From assembly GCA_033855075.1 (NCBI GenBank), contig JAWVGM010000072.1, forward strand, positions 21,750 through 85,749: a DNA stretch of 64,000 nucleotides, in the 5' to 3' direction. Source of the DNA: Solirubrobacteraceae bacterium (lineage in GTDB: Bacteria; Actinomycetota; Thermoleophilia; Solirubrobacterales; Solirubrobacteraceae). The notes under the pieces are model-generated. The model did not search any database and was not told where the DNA came from. It saw only the letters and a program-made list of their open reading frames with translations. Numbering within the stretch: the stretch's first letter is position 1; every line of letters begins with the position of its first letter. A program made the translations under genes and the position numbers. Of this stretch, positions 8,794-18,585 are shown in pieces.

Positions 8794-9654
8794 ATGCCTG
8801 TCGCGATCGTCACGGACAGCACGCACTACCTGCCGGCCGACGTCGTCGCGGCACACGGGATCCACACCGTCTCGCTGTACGTCAAGCGCGGCGACGCCCT
8901 CGAGCGCGAGAGCGAGCTGCTGACCGACCTCGACGGCTACTACGAGCGGCTGCGCACGGACGCGGACACGACGACCTCGCAGCCGTCGGTCGGCGATTTC
9001 CTGCAGTGCTACGAGCCGCTGCTCGAGTCCGGCCAGGACATCGTCTCGGTCCACCTCTCGGCGGGCGTCTCGGGCACCTATGACTCGGCGCTGCAGGCGC
9101 AGGCGCAACTCGCCGAGCGCGGCTACGACGGCCGCATCGAGGTGCTCGACTCGGCCACGACCTGCGGCGGGCTCGGGCTCCTGCTCCTGGCGGCCGCCAG
9201 CCGCGCGGCCCGCGGCGGCGAGGCCGCGGATGTCGCCGTGCACACGAAGCGCGCTCGCAGGTCGCTGCGGATCTGGTTCTGCCTGGACACGCTCGAGTAC
9301 CTGCGCCGCGGCGGGCGCATCGGCGGCGCCCAGGCCTGGATCGGCAGCGCGCTGAAGATCAAGCCGATCCTCTCGCTCGAGTCCGAGGTCACCCCGGTGG
9401 AGCGGGTGCGCACCGCGGGGCGCGCGTTCGAGCGCATGGTGCAGTACATGCACGAGCTGCACGACGCGGGCGCCGACGCCTGGTGCGTGCAGCACATCCA
9501 GGCCCCGGCGGACGCCGAGCGCCTCGTCGAGCGCGGCCGCGAGGTCTTCGGCTCCGAGCCGCGCTTCGTCAGCGAGGTCGGCCCGGTCATCGGCGCCCAC
9601 GCCGGGCCGGGCCTGCTCGGCGTCGGCGGTGTGAGCGCCACCGCGCTGCGGTAG
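8794..9654 (+). CDS. DegV family fatty-acid-binding protein
   Basis: VAIVTDSTHYLP...TSQPSVGDF...VHLSAGVSGTY are typical DegV blocks. Confidence 0.85.
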   Translation: MPVAIVTDSTHYLPADVVAAHGIHTVSLYVKRGDALERESELLTDLDGYYERLRTDADTTTSQPSVGDFLQCYEPLLESGQDIVSVHLSAGVSGTYDSALQAQAQLAERGYDGRIEVLDSATTCGGLGLLLLAAASRAARGGEAADVAVHTKRARRSLRIWFCLDTLEYLRRGGRIGGAQAWIGSALKIKPILSLESEVTPVERVRTAGRAFERMVQYMHELHDAGADAWCVQHIQAPADAERLVERGREVFGSEPRFVSEVGPVIGAHAGPGLLGVGGVSATALR

Positions 9655-10920
9655 CTACGCGGGCGACGGGTCGGGCGGCGGCTTGCCCGCCCGGCGCCCG
9701 GGGAGCGTCTTGGGCGCCTTGGGCTCGGGATCGGGCTCGTCCGGACCATCGGAACCCTGCGGCTCCTCGCCGAAGAACTCGCGCAGCGTGATCTGCAGGG
9801 CCGCGGCGATCGGAATCGCGACGAGCGCGCCCACGACCCCGAGGATCGACGACCCCGCGAGGATCGCGACGATGACCGCCAGCGGCGGCACGTTCACCGT
9901 CCGCTTGTAGACGAACGGCTGCAGCACGTTGTTCTCGACCTGCTGATAGAAGATCAGGAAGATCGTGTAGACGATCGTTCCCGTCGGGAACTGCGTGAAC
10001 AGCGTGACGATGATGATGATGACCCCGCCGATCGTCGCGCCGACGAGCGGGATGAGCCCGAAGAACGACATCATCACCGCGAGCGGGACGGCGAACGGCA
10101 CCCCCAGGATCGTCAGCACGATGAACGTGAGGATCCCGTTGATCGTCGTGATCGTCAGCGCGCCGGCGACGTAGCCCGAGGTCGACTTGTAGATGCGCTG
10201 TGCGACGCCGAGCAGCCGCGGGTGGTGCTCGCGCCCCAGTCGTCGTAAGAGGAAGCGCGCGATCCGCCGGCCGTCGAGCAGCAGGAAGAACGTCATGGTC
10301 AGGACCGTCAACAGCTGAAACGCGGTGCTGAACGCGGTCGTGGCGACGCTCTGCAGCGCGCCGGCGGCGTCGCCGAGCCGGGAGGGCAGCGTGTTGGCCT
10401 GCTTCTTCAGGCTCGCGGTCACGTCGTACTTGTTGTCGAAGTTGCGAAACGTCGAGTTGTTGCGCAGGTCGTCGATGTAGTTGGGGATGTCGCGCGACAG
10501 GTCGCTCGCGCCGTTGATGACCGGGGGCACGACGAGTGCCAGCACCCCCGCGAACGCCAGCACGATGAGCACGTAGACCGTGAGGATCGCCGCCGCCCGC
10601 GGCAGCCAGCGCGAGAAGAAGTCGACGGCCGGCCCGAGCGCGACGGCGAGGAAGATCGCGATCCCGAGCAGCAACAGCGTGCTGCGGATCTGCACGAGCA
10701 GGTACAGGAGCCCGAGGCACGCCGCTGAGGTGAACAGGATGCGCGCGATCTGGCGCGTGGTCAGGGCGTCCCAGACGGACACGCTGCGAGCGTATGAGGC
10801 CGATCGGACGGCGCTCGGATGAGCCTGGACGCACGTCCGGCTCGCGGAGATACTGCGCGCGTGGCAGGTGGGGGCTTTCAGCCGCCGCGGGAGATCACCT
10901 CGCGCGCCGGCCTCATCCAT
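9655..10920 (-). CDS. AI-2E family transporter (PerM/YhhT-like)
   Basis: Polytopic membrane protein with the family block GVPFAVPLAVMMSFFGLIPLVGATIGGV. The start is uncertain: ATG at 10920 or GTG at 10782, just before TM1. Confidence 0.8.
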   Translation of the reverse strand: MDEAGARGDLPRRLKAPTCHARSISASRTCVQAHPSAVRSASYARSVSVWDALTTRQIARILFTSAACLGLLYLLVQIRSTLLLLGIAIFLAVALGPAVDFFSRWLPRAAAILTVYVLIVLAFAGVLALVVPPVINGASDLSRDIPNYIDDLRNNSTFRNFDNKYDVTASLKKQANTLPSRLGDAAGALQSVATTAFSTAFQLLTVLTMTFFLLLDGRRIARFLLRRLGREHHPRLLGVAQRIYKSTSGYVAGALTITTINGILTFIVLTILGVPFAVPLAVMMSFFGLIPLVGATIGGVIIIIVTLFTQFPTGTIVYTIFLIFYQQVENNVLQPFVYKRTVNVPPLAVIVAILAGSSILGVVGALVAIPIAAALQITLREFFGEEPQGSDGPDEPDPEPKAPKTLPGRRAGKPPPDPSPA

Positions 10921-11097
10921 GCCTCGCGACCGACCCGGACCCCAGCGACGAGCTACGCCGTGACGCCGTGGCCGGTTCGCGCCTGGCGGTCGGCGTGGGA
11001 CGGCGACGCGCTGAGCGGCGTCGTGCAGGGCCGGCTGGAGATCCCGACGAATCCGTAGGCGGCCCGCCTGCGCGGCCCCCTGGCCGCTCCGGCACGC

Positions 11098-12498
11098 CTA
11101 ACGGCGCCGGGAGATGACGCGCGTTCCCGTCCGCGGGCCCACCGGCGGACCGACGCGGACGGGCTGCTCCGCGCGCTGGCGCATGGGTCGCAGCTCGGTC
11201 TGTCGCAGGATCGCGCGAATCGCCACGCGCATCTCGACGTGCGCGAAGCTCGCGCCGAGGCAGCGTCGGGGGCCGCCACCGAAGGGAATGAATGCGTACG
11301 GCGCGGGCTTGACGTTCAGAAAGCGGTCGGGCCGGAACTGCTCGGGCTCGGGATAGATGTCTGGCCGCCGGTGCACGAGATGGATGGACGGCACGAGGAA
11401 CGTTCCCGCCGGGATCCGCCAGTCGTCGAGGCGAAGCGTGCGGAGGGCGGCCCGCCCCACGTGGACGATCGGCGGGCACAGACGCTGGCTCTCGCGGATG
11501 ACGGCGTCGAGGTAGCTCGTGCTCGCGCCGGCCGCCTCGGCCTGCAAGCGATCCAGGACGGCAGGGCGAGCGAGCACGAGGCTGAAGAACCAGGCCAGCG
11601 CGCTCGCGGTCGTCACGTGGCCGGCGATCAGCAGCGACTTGAGCTCGTCACTCAGCTCGTGGTCGGTCATCGGGGAGCCATCCTCGTGGCGCGATTTGAT
11701 CAGCAGCGTGAGGACGTCGCCCTGATCGTCGCCGCCGGCGAGCTGCGCGCGTCGCTCCGCGATGACCTCCAGCAGGAGCCGCTCGCGCTCCGCGTTGCGC
11801 CGCTCCAACCGCGCCCACGGGCCGAGTCGTCCGCCACGGTGCCGAAGTCCGGGCAGGAAGATGATCGGCGCGGCAGCCGATACGACCGCGCGGAACGCCT
11901 CGGCGAGACTGGCCCGTCGGGCTTCGTCGTCCACGCCGAAGATCGTGCGCATGATCACGCGGAACGTCAGCTCGAGCATCCGATCGTGGAGTCGGAACGG
12001 AGTCCCGTGCGGCCACGTCGCGATCTCGGCATCGGCGATCTCCGCCATGATCTGCTCGTAGCGCGCGACCTGCTCGCCATGAAACGGCGGGAGCAGCAAC
12101 CGCCTCATCCGCAGGTGCGCGCCGCCGTCGAGCATCGGCAGCGACGTGCGGCCGAAGATCACGTCGAGGTTCCAGTTGAAGACGCCCGGCCGGACCAGAT
12201 CGGTATCAGCGGTGAAGATCTCGCCGGTCAGCGCTGGATCGGACACGACGACGAACTCGCGGCCGCCCGCGAGGCGCAGACGGAAGACGTCGCCGTAGCG
12301 GCGCGCGCACGTGTCGAGCATCTCGACCGGGCGGGCGCCCCACCACAGTGTCTGCGCCAGGACTGGCAGGCGCGGCCCCGGCGGCGGCCATCGGCCGCCG
12401 TCGCCGTCGGCGCACAGACGGCTCGGCTTGGCGCGCCGAGTAGGAACGGCGGCTTCGGCCGTCACCTGCGTCGAATCAAAGCGCGGGGATTCGGACAC
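11098..12498 (-). CDS. cytochrome P450
   Basis: Heme-binding loop FIPFGGGPRRCLGASF, ExxR (ESQR) and the I-helix motif AGHVTTA. GTG start. Confidence 0.9.
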   Translation of the reverse strand: MSESPRFDSTQVTAEAAVPTRRAKPSRLCADGDGGRWPPPGPRLPVLAQTLWWGARPVEMLDTCARRYGDVFRLRLAGGREFVVVSDPALTGEIFTADTDLVRPGVFNWNLDVIFGRTSLPMLDGGAHLRMRRLLLPPFHGEQVARYEQIMAEIADAEIATWPHGTPFRLHDRMLELTFRVIMRTIFGVDDEARRASLAEAFRAVVSAAAPIIFLPGLRHRGGRLGPWARLERRNAERERLLLEVIAERRAQLAGGDDQGDVLTLLIKSRHEDGSPMTDHELSDELKSLLIAGHVTTASALAWFFSLVLARPAVLDRLQAEAAGASTSYLDAVIRESQRLCPPIVHVGRAALRTLRLDDWRIPAGTFLVPSIHLVHRRPDIYPEPEQFRPDRFLNVKPAPYAFIPFGGGPRRCLGASFAHVEMRVAIRAILRQTELRPMRQRAEQPVRVGPPVGPRTGTRVISRRR

Positions 12499-12524
12499 TC
12501 GGGCCGAATGAACGAGCGGAGGTC

Positions 12525-13502
12525 GTGGGTAGGGTCAGGCCGGTGAACTCGTCGGTTTCCGTCGTCATCTGCGCGTACACCGAGCGCAGATGGGACGACC
12601 TCGTCGGCGCGGTGGAGTCCATCAGCAACCAATCGGTGCCCGCCCGTCAGACGATCGTCGTCATCGACAACAACCCACAGATGCTCGCGCGGGCGCGCAT
12701 GTCGCTGCCGGAGGTCACGACCGTCGCGAACACCGGCGCGCGCGGCGCCGGTCCGTCGCGCAACGCCGGGGTGTGTGCGGCCGACGGCGAGATCCTCGGC
12801 TTCCTCGACGACGACGCGCAGGCCGCGCCGGACTGGATCGCGCGCGCGCTCGTCGCGCTCGATGACGGCGACGTGCTCGGCGTGGGCGGCACGATCGATC
12901 CCGCCTGGGAGCGCGGCCGGCCGATCTGGTTTCCCCCGGAGTTCGACTGGGTCGTCAGTTGCACCTACCCGGGGCTGCCGACGGCTCCCGCCCCGATTCG
13001 CAACCTCATCGCCGCCAACATGTTCATGCGCCGGGCAGAGTTCCTCGAGATCGGGGGCTTCCGCGCCGGTTTCGGCAAGGTGGGCAACCGCCCAGAGCCC
13101 GAGGAGACGGATCTGTGCATCCGCGCCAACCAGCACTTCCCTGGGCGCACGTTCGTCTACGACCCTGCCGTGCGCGTGCGCCATCGGGTCCCGCACGAGC
13201 GCGCGAACCTGCGCTACTTCGTGAGCCGGTGCTTCAACGAGGGGCTCGGCAAGGCGTCCATGGTCCGCACGGTCGGCCCGCGCGACGGGCTGGCCGCAGA
13301 GCGCATCTACACGACGCGCACACTCCCGCGCGGCGTCGGGCGCGGCCTGAAGGAGGTCGTCACCGGGCGAGATCGCGGCGGCGGCGCGCGCAGCGCGGCG
13401 ATCGTCGCGGGCCTGGGCATCACGACAGCCGGGTACGCCCGCGGCACGCTGCTGCGCCGGGTTGTCCACGTCAGCGGGCGCGAGACGGTCGCTCGGGGAT
13501 GA
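12525..13502 (+). CDS. glycosyltransferase family 2
   Basis: VSVVICAYTERRWDDL...VVIDNNP...FLDDDA are GT-A fold DxD-type motifs. Alternative GTG start at 12543. Confidence 0.8.
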   Translation: MGRVRPVNSSVSVVICAYTERRWDDLVGAVESISNQSVPARQTIVVIDNNPQMLARARMSLPEVTTVANTGARGAGPSRNAGVCAADGEILGFLDDDAQAAPDWIARALVALDDGDVLGVGGTIDPAWERGRPIWFPPEFDWVVSCTYPGLPTAPAPIRNLIAANMFMRRAEFLEIGGFRAGFGKVGNRPEPEETDLCIRANQHFPGRTFVYDPAVRVRHRVPHERANLRYFVSRCFNEGLGKASMVRTVGPRDGLAAERIYTTRTLPRGVGRGLKEVVTGRDRGGGARSAAIVAGLGITTAGYARGTLLRRVVHVSGRETVARG

Positions 13503-14421
13503 AGAAGGCCCGGTTGCGCAACGAGAAGCGGCGCTTCTCCGCGATGCCCAGTGCGCGGCGCATGAGCGCAGCACCGACGCGCGTCGCCCGCACGCGGTCG
13601 CGCAACGCATGCGCTGCGCCCGCGCTCAGCGACTCGCCGCGTTCCCATTGCGACTCGTAGTCGGACTGCTGCGGTGTCTGCGCGAGCGGCTCTGCGAAGT
13701 GAGCCGTCTTGACGGCTCGAACGAGCAGCATCACGGGACGGCGCGAGACCATGCCGACGCGACTGCGCACCTCCCGCGGGCTGCGTACGCGGTATGCGCC
13801 CTTAGGCGCGACGAGCGACACGCCCGGGTAGACGCATTCGACGAGCAGCACCGTCTCGACGCGAAAGCCGCGCTCCTCGTTGAGCGCCGAGAAGAAGAAC
13901 TCGGGACTGAACTGGTAGAAGCCATGGCCGCAGAGGTTGTTCGCCGGCGTCCAGATGATCGCCGAGCCGCCCACCCGGACCATGCGCATGACGTTCGCGA
14001 GTGCTTGGTCAGGACGGAAGATGTGCTCGAGCGAACCGCCGTCCACGACGATGTCAAACGCTTGGTGCAGATCCTCGTTCACGGGGAGGTTCATGTCGTG
14101 GATGACGTCCGCCCCCTCATAGGGCGACGCATCGATGACGGTCACGCGCTTCGCGCCCACCGCGCGCAGGAAGTCGTTCCCGTAGCTGCCGTACGGCTTC
14201 GTGCTCCACACCGCGGCGGGATCGAGTGAGAAATCGGCGCAGAGCCGTCTGGCCTGCGCCGGGAGCAGGAACTGCTGCAGTTGTCCGATCGTCGCTATCG
14301 CCGGCAGCGTGCCCGCGCGGCCACGCAGCACCTCTCGCGCGACGTAGTAGTTCAGGCCCATCCAGGCTTTGCGGAGTTGAGGCCGATCGATTGACCCTAC
14401 CCCGTCAACGAGCGGGCTCAT
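13471..14421 (-). CDS. class I SAM-dependent methyltransferase (putative)
   Basis: VTVIDASPYEGADVIHDMN...FDIVVDGGSLEHIF...VRVGGSAIIW resembles the methyltransferase fold motifs. ATG at 14421 preferred over TTG at 14430. The 3' end overlaps the convergent GT2 gene. Confidence 0.6.
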   Translation of the reverse strand: MSPLVDGVGSIDRPQLRKAWMGLNYYVAREVLRGRAGTLPAIATIGQLQQFLLPAQARRLCADFSLDPAAVWSTKPYGSYGNDFLRAVGAKRVTVIDASPYEGADVIHDMNLPVNEDLHQAFDIVVDGGSLEHIFRPDQALANVMRMVRVGGSAIIWTPANNLCGHGFYQFSPEFFFSALNEERGFRVETVLLVECVYPGVSLVAPKGAYRVRSPREVRSRVGMVSRRPVMLLVRAVKTAHFAEPLAQTPQQSDYESQWERGESLSAGAAHALRDRVRATRVGAALMRRALGIAEKRRFSLRNRAFFIPERPSRAR

Positions 14422-14475
14422 TCGGCCCAAACGGCGTACATGGCGCCACCCTGAGTGGACCCGCAGGCGGGTCGG

Positions 14476-14673
14476 TCAGGGCTCGATGATGTTCATCGCC
14501 TGGACTGCTTCCCGAAGCATGCGAATGCGATAGCCGGCCTCGAGGCCCGGGGCCTCGATCACCTCGACCATCACGTGTTCGCCCTCGGTGCTCACAACGC
14601 GATAGGTGGCGTCAGAGCCCTGCAGACGCTGGTGGCGGACCTCGCCGGGCTCGGGAGGCTGAGAATGCGCCAT
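14476..14673 (-). CDS. small hypothetical protein (65 aa)
   Basis: ATG ORF lying between the methyltransferase and flippase genes on the same strand. Protein-like composition, no clear RBS, no family recognised. Confidence 0.45.
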   Translation of the reverse strand: MAHSQPPEPGEVRHQRLQGSDATYRVVSTEGEHVMVEVIEAPGLEAGYRIRMLREAVQAMNIIEP

Positions 14674-14703
14674 GCCGCATTCTAGTGCGTAGCCATCAGC
14701 GCC

Positions 14704-16191
14704 TCAGGACGTTCGTCCACCGCCTGGAAGCGCCTGGCGCAGCTCATGCGGATATGCGTCAAGCACGGCGAGGACACCGAGGTATGTCGCCCCACCGAGC
14801 AGGGCGCTCTCCGAACCGGTCATCGGCAGCGCAACGGCCAGACCCGCTGCGGTGGCACCCGCGATGGCAACCGAGCCGGCCGTTCTCCACGGGAGTGTGA
14901 TGCCGCGACGTACGAGCAACACGCCATATCCCGCAACCAAGACGAGATCGCATGCCGCCGTCGCGATCGCCCCACCCGTGGCTCCGAGCGGTGGCACCGC
15001 GACGAGCGTCGCAGCGAGCGCGACCGCCATCGCCGCGGCATTCGCGACAAGCACGCCGCGGTACTCGTCGAGGGAGAGCAGGGCGAGCGACCATGCCGCT
15101 ATCACGAACTTGAAAGCCAGCGACACCGAGAGGATCTCCAGCGCGACGCCGGCGCGTTCAAAGCCGTCGCCGGCGAGCAGGGCGACGATCGGTCCGGCGC
15201 CCATGTAGGCCACCAGTGCCACGGCACCGCCCACGATGAGCGCGACGTCGGTGAGACGCGCGAGCGCATAGCGATGGCGTGCCCGGTCGCGCCCGGCCGC
15301 GCGCGCCAGGATCGGGAACGCCGAGCTCATGAGCAGCACCGATACGAGCGTGATGATCTCCAGGATGCGAAACGGAACCCCCAGGTACCCGGTCTCGCGG
15401 TCAGAGGACAGCAACGGCATCAGGATCATCGCCGTGCGGAAATACACGACGCCGAGCGCCATCGCCGCGATATACGGCGCCGACCTGCGCGCGAGCTCCT
15501 TCCACCGCCGCGGGCGAAGCGCGGGCACGTGCGGAATGACGCCGCGCGTGGCCCAGAGGCCGATCGCGAACTGCGCGGCCCCGGCGAGCACCAGGAGCGC
15601 AAAGAAGTACACAAGCGGCGCACGCACGATCACCAGAACCACGGTCAACGCGACCGCTACGAGCTGACGGACCACCTGCATCGCCGCCAGCCAGCCCAGG
15701 TTGAGGCTCGTGCTCAGCCAAACGCCGTACGTGCTGCTGACGTTCTCCATCGCGGCGCCCACCAAGGCGAAGCCGGCCCCCGCGACGAGTATGGCCGGAT
15801 AGCCCGAACACAGCATGAAGATCAGCGCGATAACGGCGCCCGCGCTGAACACGGCGAGCCGCAGTCCGATCAGGTCGCGCATCAGGGCGGGCTGCTCATC
15901 GGCGGGCCGGACGGCGAACTCGCGCACGCTCACCGCCGAGAATCCGGCCTCGACAATGCTGCCCACCAGCGTCACGACGGTGACAACGATCACGTACCGG
16001 CCCGTGTCAACGACACCGAGATGCCTGAACAGGAACGGCAGCGCCGCGATGCCCGCCAGGACGCTCATGGCGTAGCCCGCGGTTCGGACGAGGCCCCCGC
16101 GGATCACGCGCCTCGTCGACTCGGGCGAGTCGAGCACGTGCGCGGCCCCGGCCGCGGCCGCGGCGGGCGCAGTCAGCGGCAGCTCACGCAC
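14704..16191 (-). CDS. polysaccharide/oligosaccharide flippase (MOP/Wzx-like)
   Basis: 495 aa with about 12-14 predicted TM segments. The N-terminus (RGGLVRTAGYAMSVLAG) is typical of polysaccharide biosynthesis (Wzx-type) proteins. Confidence 0.7.
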   Translation of the reverse strand: MRELPLTAPAAAAAGAAHVLDSPESTRRVIRGGLVRTAGYAMSVLAGIAALPFLFRHLGVVDTGRYVIVVTVVTLVGSIVEAGFSAVSVREFAVRPADEQPALMRDLIGLRLAVFSAGAVIALIFMLCSGYPAILVAGAGFALVGAAMENVSSTYGVWLSTSLNLGWLAAMQVVRQLVAVALTVVLVIVRAPLVYFFALLVLAGAAQFAIGLWATRGVIPHVPALRPRRWKELARRSAPYIAAMALGVVYFRTAMILMPLLSSDRETGYLGVPFRILEIITLVSVLLMSSAFPILARAAGRDRARHRYALARLTDVALIVGGAVALVAYMGAGPIVALLAGDGFERAGVALEILSVSLAFKFVIAAWSLALLSLDEYRGVLVANAAAMAVALAATLVAVPPLGATGGAIATAACDLVLVAGYGVLLVRRGITLPWRTAGSVAIAGATAAGLAVALPMTGSESALLGGATYLGVLAVLDAYPHELRQALPGGGRTS

Positions 16192-16209
16192 GGCGCGCCC
16201 GCCGCCGTC

Positions 16210-17286
16210 TCAGGGCAGCGGGATCCTGCCGCCGCTCAGATCGCCGAACTGATTTCCGTGAAACTCCTTGCCCGCCACCGCGCGACCGAACGCGCGCTGC
16301 GCGGACGCAGAGCTGTCGAGCACCCAATCGCGATGACCGCCGGGGCCCACCTTCGCCGAATCGAACCAGATCACGGCACGCATTTTCGGAAAATCGCGTG
16401 GCAGCGACGTGAACATCCCCCGAATCCACTTCGCCTTGTTGCCGCCGGACTCCGTGGACCCGACCTCGCCGAGCACCATCGGCTTTGCCGGGGCAATCTT
16501 GACGATCTCGCGGTAGGTCGCGCGGATCACCCCGCTGAGCGTCCGCCACGGCGCGCCGCCGTTGTAGGCGTCGATGCCGGTCCAGTCGACGTAGCGGTCG
16601 CCGGGGTAGAGCTTCGCGAGCGGCTGCATATCCCGCTTCGGGTCGGCGACCGGGCACCAGACCCAGGTCGCGTTCGTGACCCCGGCGCGCTCGAAGATGT
16701 CGTGGACGTGGCGCCACGCCGCGACGTACTCGCCCGGCTGGTTGTCGCCGTAGCGCTCGCTCCACGGAAACCAGTCGCCGTTCATCTCCCAGTTGAAGCG
16801 AAGGAAGAACGGCTTGCCGTAAACGCGTGCCGCAGCGGCCCACGTCTCGATGAGCTCGTCCATGCTGCCATTCGCGATCGCCCGCAGGGTGAAACTGCGG
16901 TGCCCGTAGTTGCGCATGGCGTGGGTGGACCATGAGAAGAACGGGATGGACCCGTGGCGGCGGATCGCGTCGAACTGGGCCGCCGGAAAGGTGAACGGGT
17001 TGCGGCCCTCGGGACCGGTCATCGGCGTGCCGAACTCGATGAGGCTCATACGCTTGCCGAGACGGCTCTCCACTGTCTTGACGGCGCTCATGTCCCACGG
17101 CGGCTGCGTGCCGTTGACGTGCGTGTCGATCCACGCCCCCCAGTAGTAACGGTGGGTCTTTGGCATCTTCGCGCCCGACGTGACCGGAGCGGCCGAAAGC
17201 CATGTCACCGCGGCCGCGAGAACCGCGCAGGCGACCAGCAACGCGCGAAATGAGGGCAGCCTGAAGATCCCTGCGAACGATGACAT
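16210..17286 (-). CDS. glycoside hydrolase family 26 (beta-mannanase-like), secreted
   Basis: Signal peptide present. FFLRFNWEMNGDWFPW carries the acid/base Glu context and MVLGEVGS the nucleophile Glu context typical of GH26. Confidence 0.75.
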   Translation of the reverse strand: MSSFAGIFRLPSFRALLVACAVLAAAVTWLSAAPVTSGAKMPKTHRYYWGAWIDTHVNGTQPPWDMSAVKTVESRLGKRMSLIEFGTPMTGPEGRNPFTFPAAQFDAIRRHGSIPFFSWSTHAMRNYGHRSFTLRAIANGSMDELIETWAAAARVYGKPFFLRFNWEMNGDWFPWSERYGDNQPGEYVAAWRHVHDIFERAGVTNATWVWCPVADPKRDMQPLAKLYPGDRYVDWTGIDAYNGGAPWRTLSGVIRATYREIVKIAPAKPMVLGEVGSTESGGNKAKWIRGMFTSLPRDFPKMRAVIWFDSAKVGPGGHRDWVLDSSASAQRAFGRAVAGKEFHGNQFGDLSGGRIPLP

Positions 17287-17312
17287 CGTTCCTGGTCATC
17301 GGTGCGCCCATG

Positions 17313-18581
17313 TCAGGCCTCGCCCGCCAGGGCTCGGTGATCGGACACCCGTCCGTGCCCGCGGCCCGCATGTCGGCGGTAGAGCGCTTCGAACTGCGGA
17401 AGCGCGTGCTCCGCGGTGAACAGCGCGGCTCGCTCCCGCGCGCGGCGCCCCAGCGCCGTGCGCAGCGGCGCGTCCTCGATGAGGCGCCGCAGGGCGGCGC
17501 GTAGCTCGCCGACGTCGCCGGGCGCGACGAGCAGCCCGGTCCGCTCGTGCTCGATCATGTCCTCGTGGCCGCCGGGCGTCGTGCCGATAACGGCACGGCC
17601 GCGGCTCATCGCCTCGTGCACCACGCTGCCGAACGGCTCGGGCCAGAGCGACGGCATCACACCGAACAGGCTGCGGTCCCACGCCGCCAGAACCGTCGCG
17701 TTGGAGGCCGACCCGAGCGCGTGCACCCCGGGCGGCGGATCTGAGACGACGTCCCATTCGGTGGTGCCGAGAAGCACGAGCGGGGGCGGGTCTTCCAGTC
17801 CGGCGTAGGCCTCGTAGAGCTGCTCGACCCCCTTCGCCCGGCGCAGCGCGCCGACAAAGAGCAGGAAAGGCTCGTGCGGGAGCCGCGCGAGGAACGCCTC
17901 ATCGGGCGCGGCGTCCTCCTCGAGTCGAAACGGCGAGATGACCGTCTGCGGTACCCGCTCGGCGGCGCCGCGGAGGAAGTCCCGAGCAACGATGTCGCGG
18001 ACGTAGCGGCTGACGCTGTGGATCGCTGTCACCTTGCGACGCAGCAGGGGAGCGGAGACGCGTACGCCGGCGTAGGCGACCGTTCCCCGGCCCGTCCCGA
18101 AGTAGCGCGCGCTGCAGCCGAGGCACTTCACCGGCCCCGGGCCCGAGCAGGGCGCCCCGTCATGCAGGAGCGAGGCGTTCGCGCAGCTGAGCCCGTATTC
18201 GCGCGCCGACGCAACGAGCGGGATTCGCGTGCCGACGAGCGCGGCGGCCGCCGAATAGCTGAACCAGCCCATGCCGTGGACGAGATCCGGCTTGAGGCGC
18301 CGGATGAGGCGGCGCAGCGCGACGGCGGTGACGGGATCAGGGAACGGCGGCTGATGGCGACGGCGCGAGCGCCCGCGGATGAACGGCGCCGAGCGCAGCT
18401 GGCGCAGCCGGTGCACCTCGAAGCCGTCCCGATCCTCGAACGCCGGCAGGTCGTCCTGCCACACCGTGGCGACGCATACGCTGTGCCCGCGCGCGAGCAG
18501 CTCGAGGGCGAGCGCCCGCGTCTGGCGCTGGACCCCGCCCACGAACGGCGGGTAGTGGTCGCTGGCGATCAGGATCCGCAT
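17313..18581 (-). CDS. glycosyltransferase family 4 (GT-B)
   Basis: The internal ATG at 18581 (MRILIASDHYPPFVGGVQRQ) lies 4 nt after the upstream stop. C-terminal EPFGSVVHEAMSRGRAVI is an E(x7)E-type motif. Confidence 0.85.
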   Translation of the reverse strand: MRILIASDHYPPFVGGVQRQTRALALELLARGHSVCVATVWQDDLPAFEDRDGFEVHRLRQLRSAPFIRGRSRRRHQPPFPDPVTAVALRRLIRRLKPDLVHGMGWFSYSAAAALVGTRIPLVASAREYGLSCANASLLHDGAPCSGPGPVKCLGCSARYFGTGRGTVAYAGVRVSAPLLRRKVTAIHSVSRYVRDIVARDFLRGAAERVPQTVISPFRLEEDAAPDEAFLARLPHEPFLLFVGALRRAKGVEQLYEAYAGLEDPPPLVLLGTTEWDVVSDPPPGVHALGSASNATVLAAWDRSLFGVMPSLWPEPFGSVVHEAMSRGRAVIGTTPGGHEDMIEHERTGLLVAPGDVGELRAALRRLIEDAPLRTALGRRARERAALFTAEHALPQFEALYRRHAGRGHGRVSDHRALAGEA

Positions 18582-18585
18582 CGCG

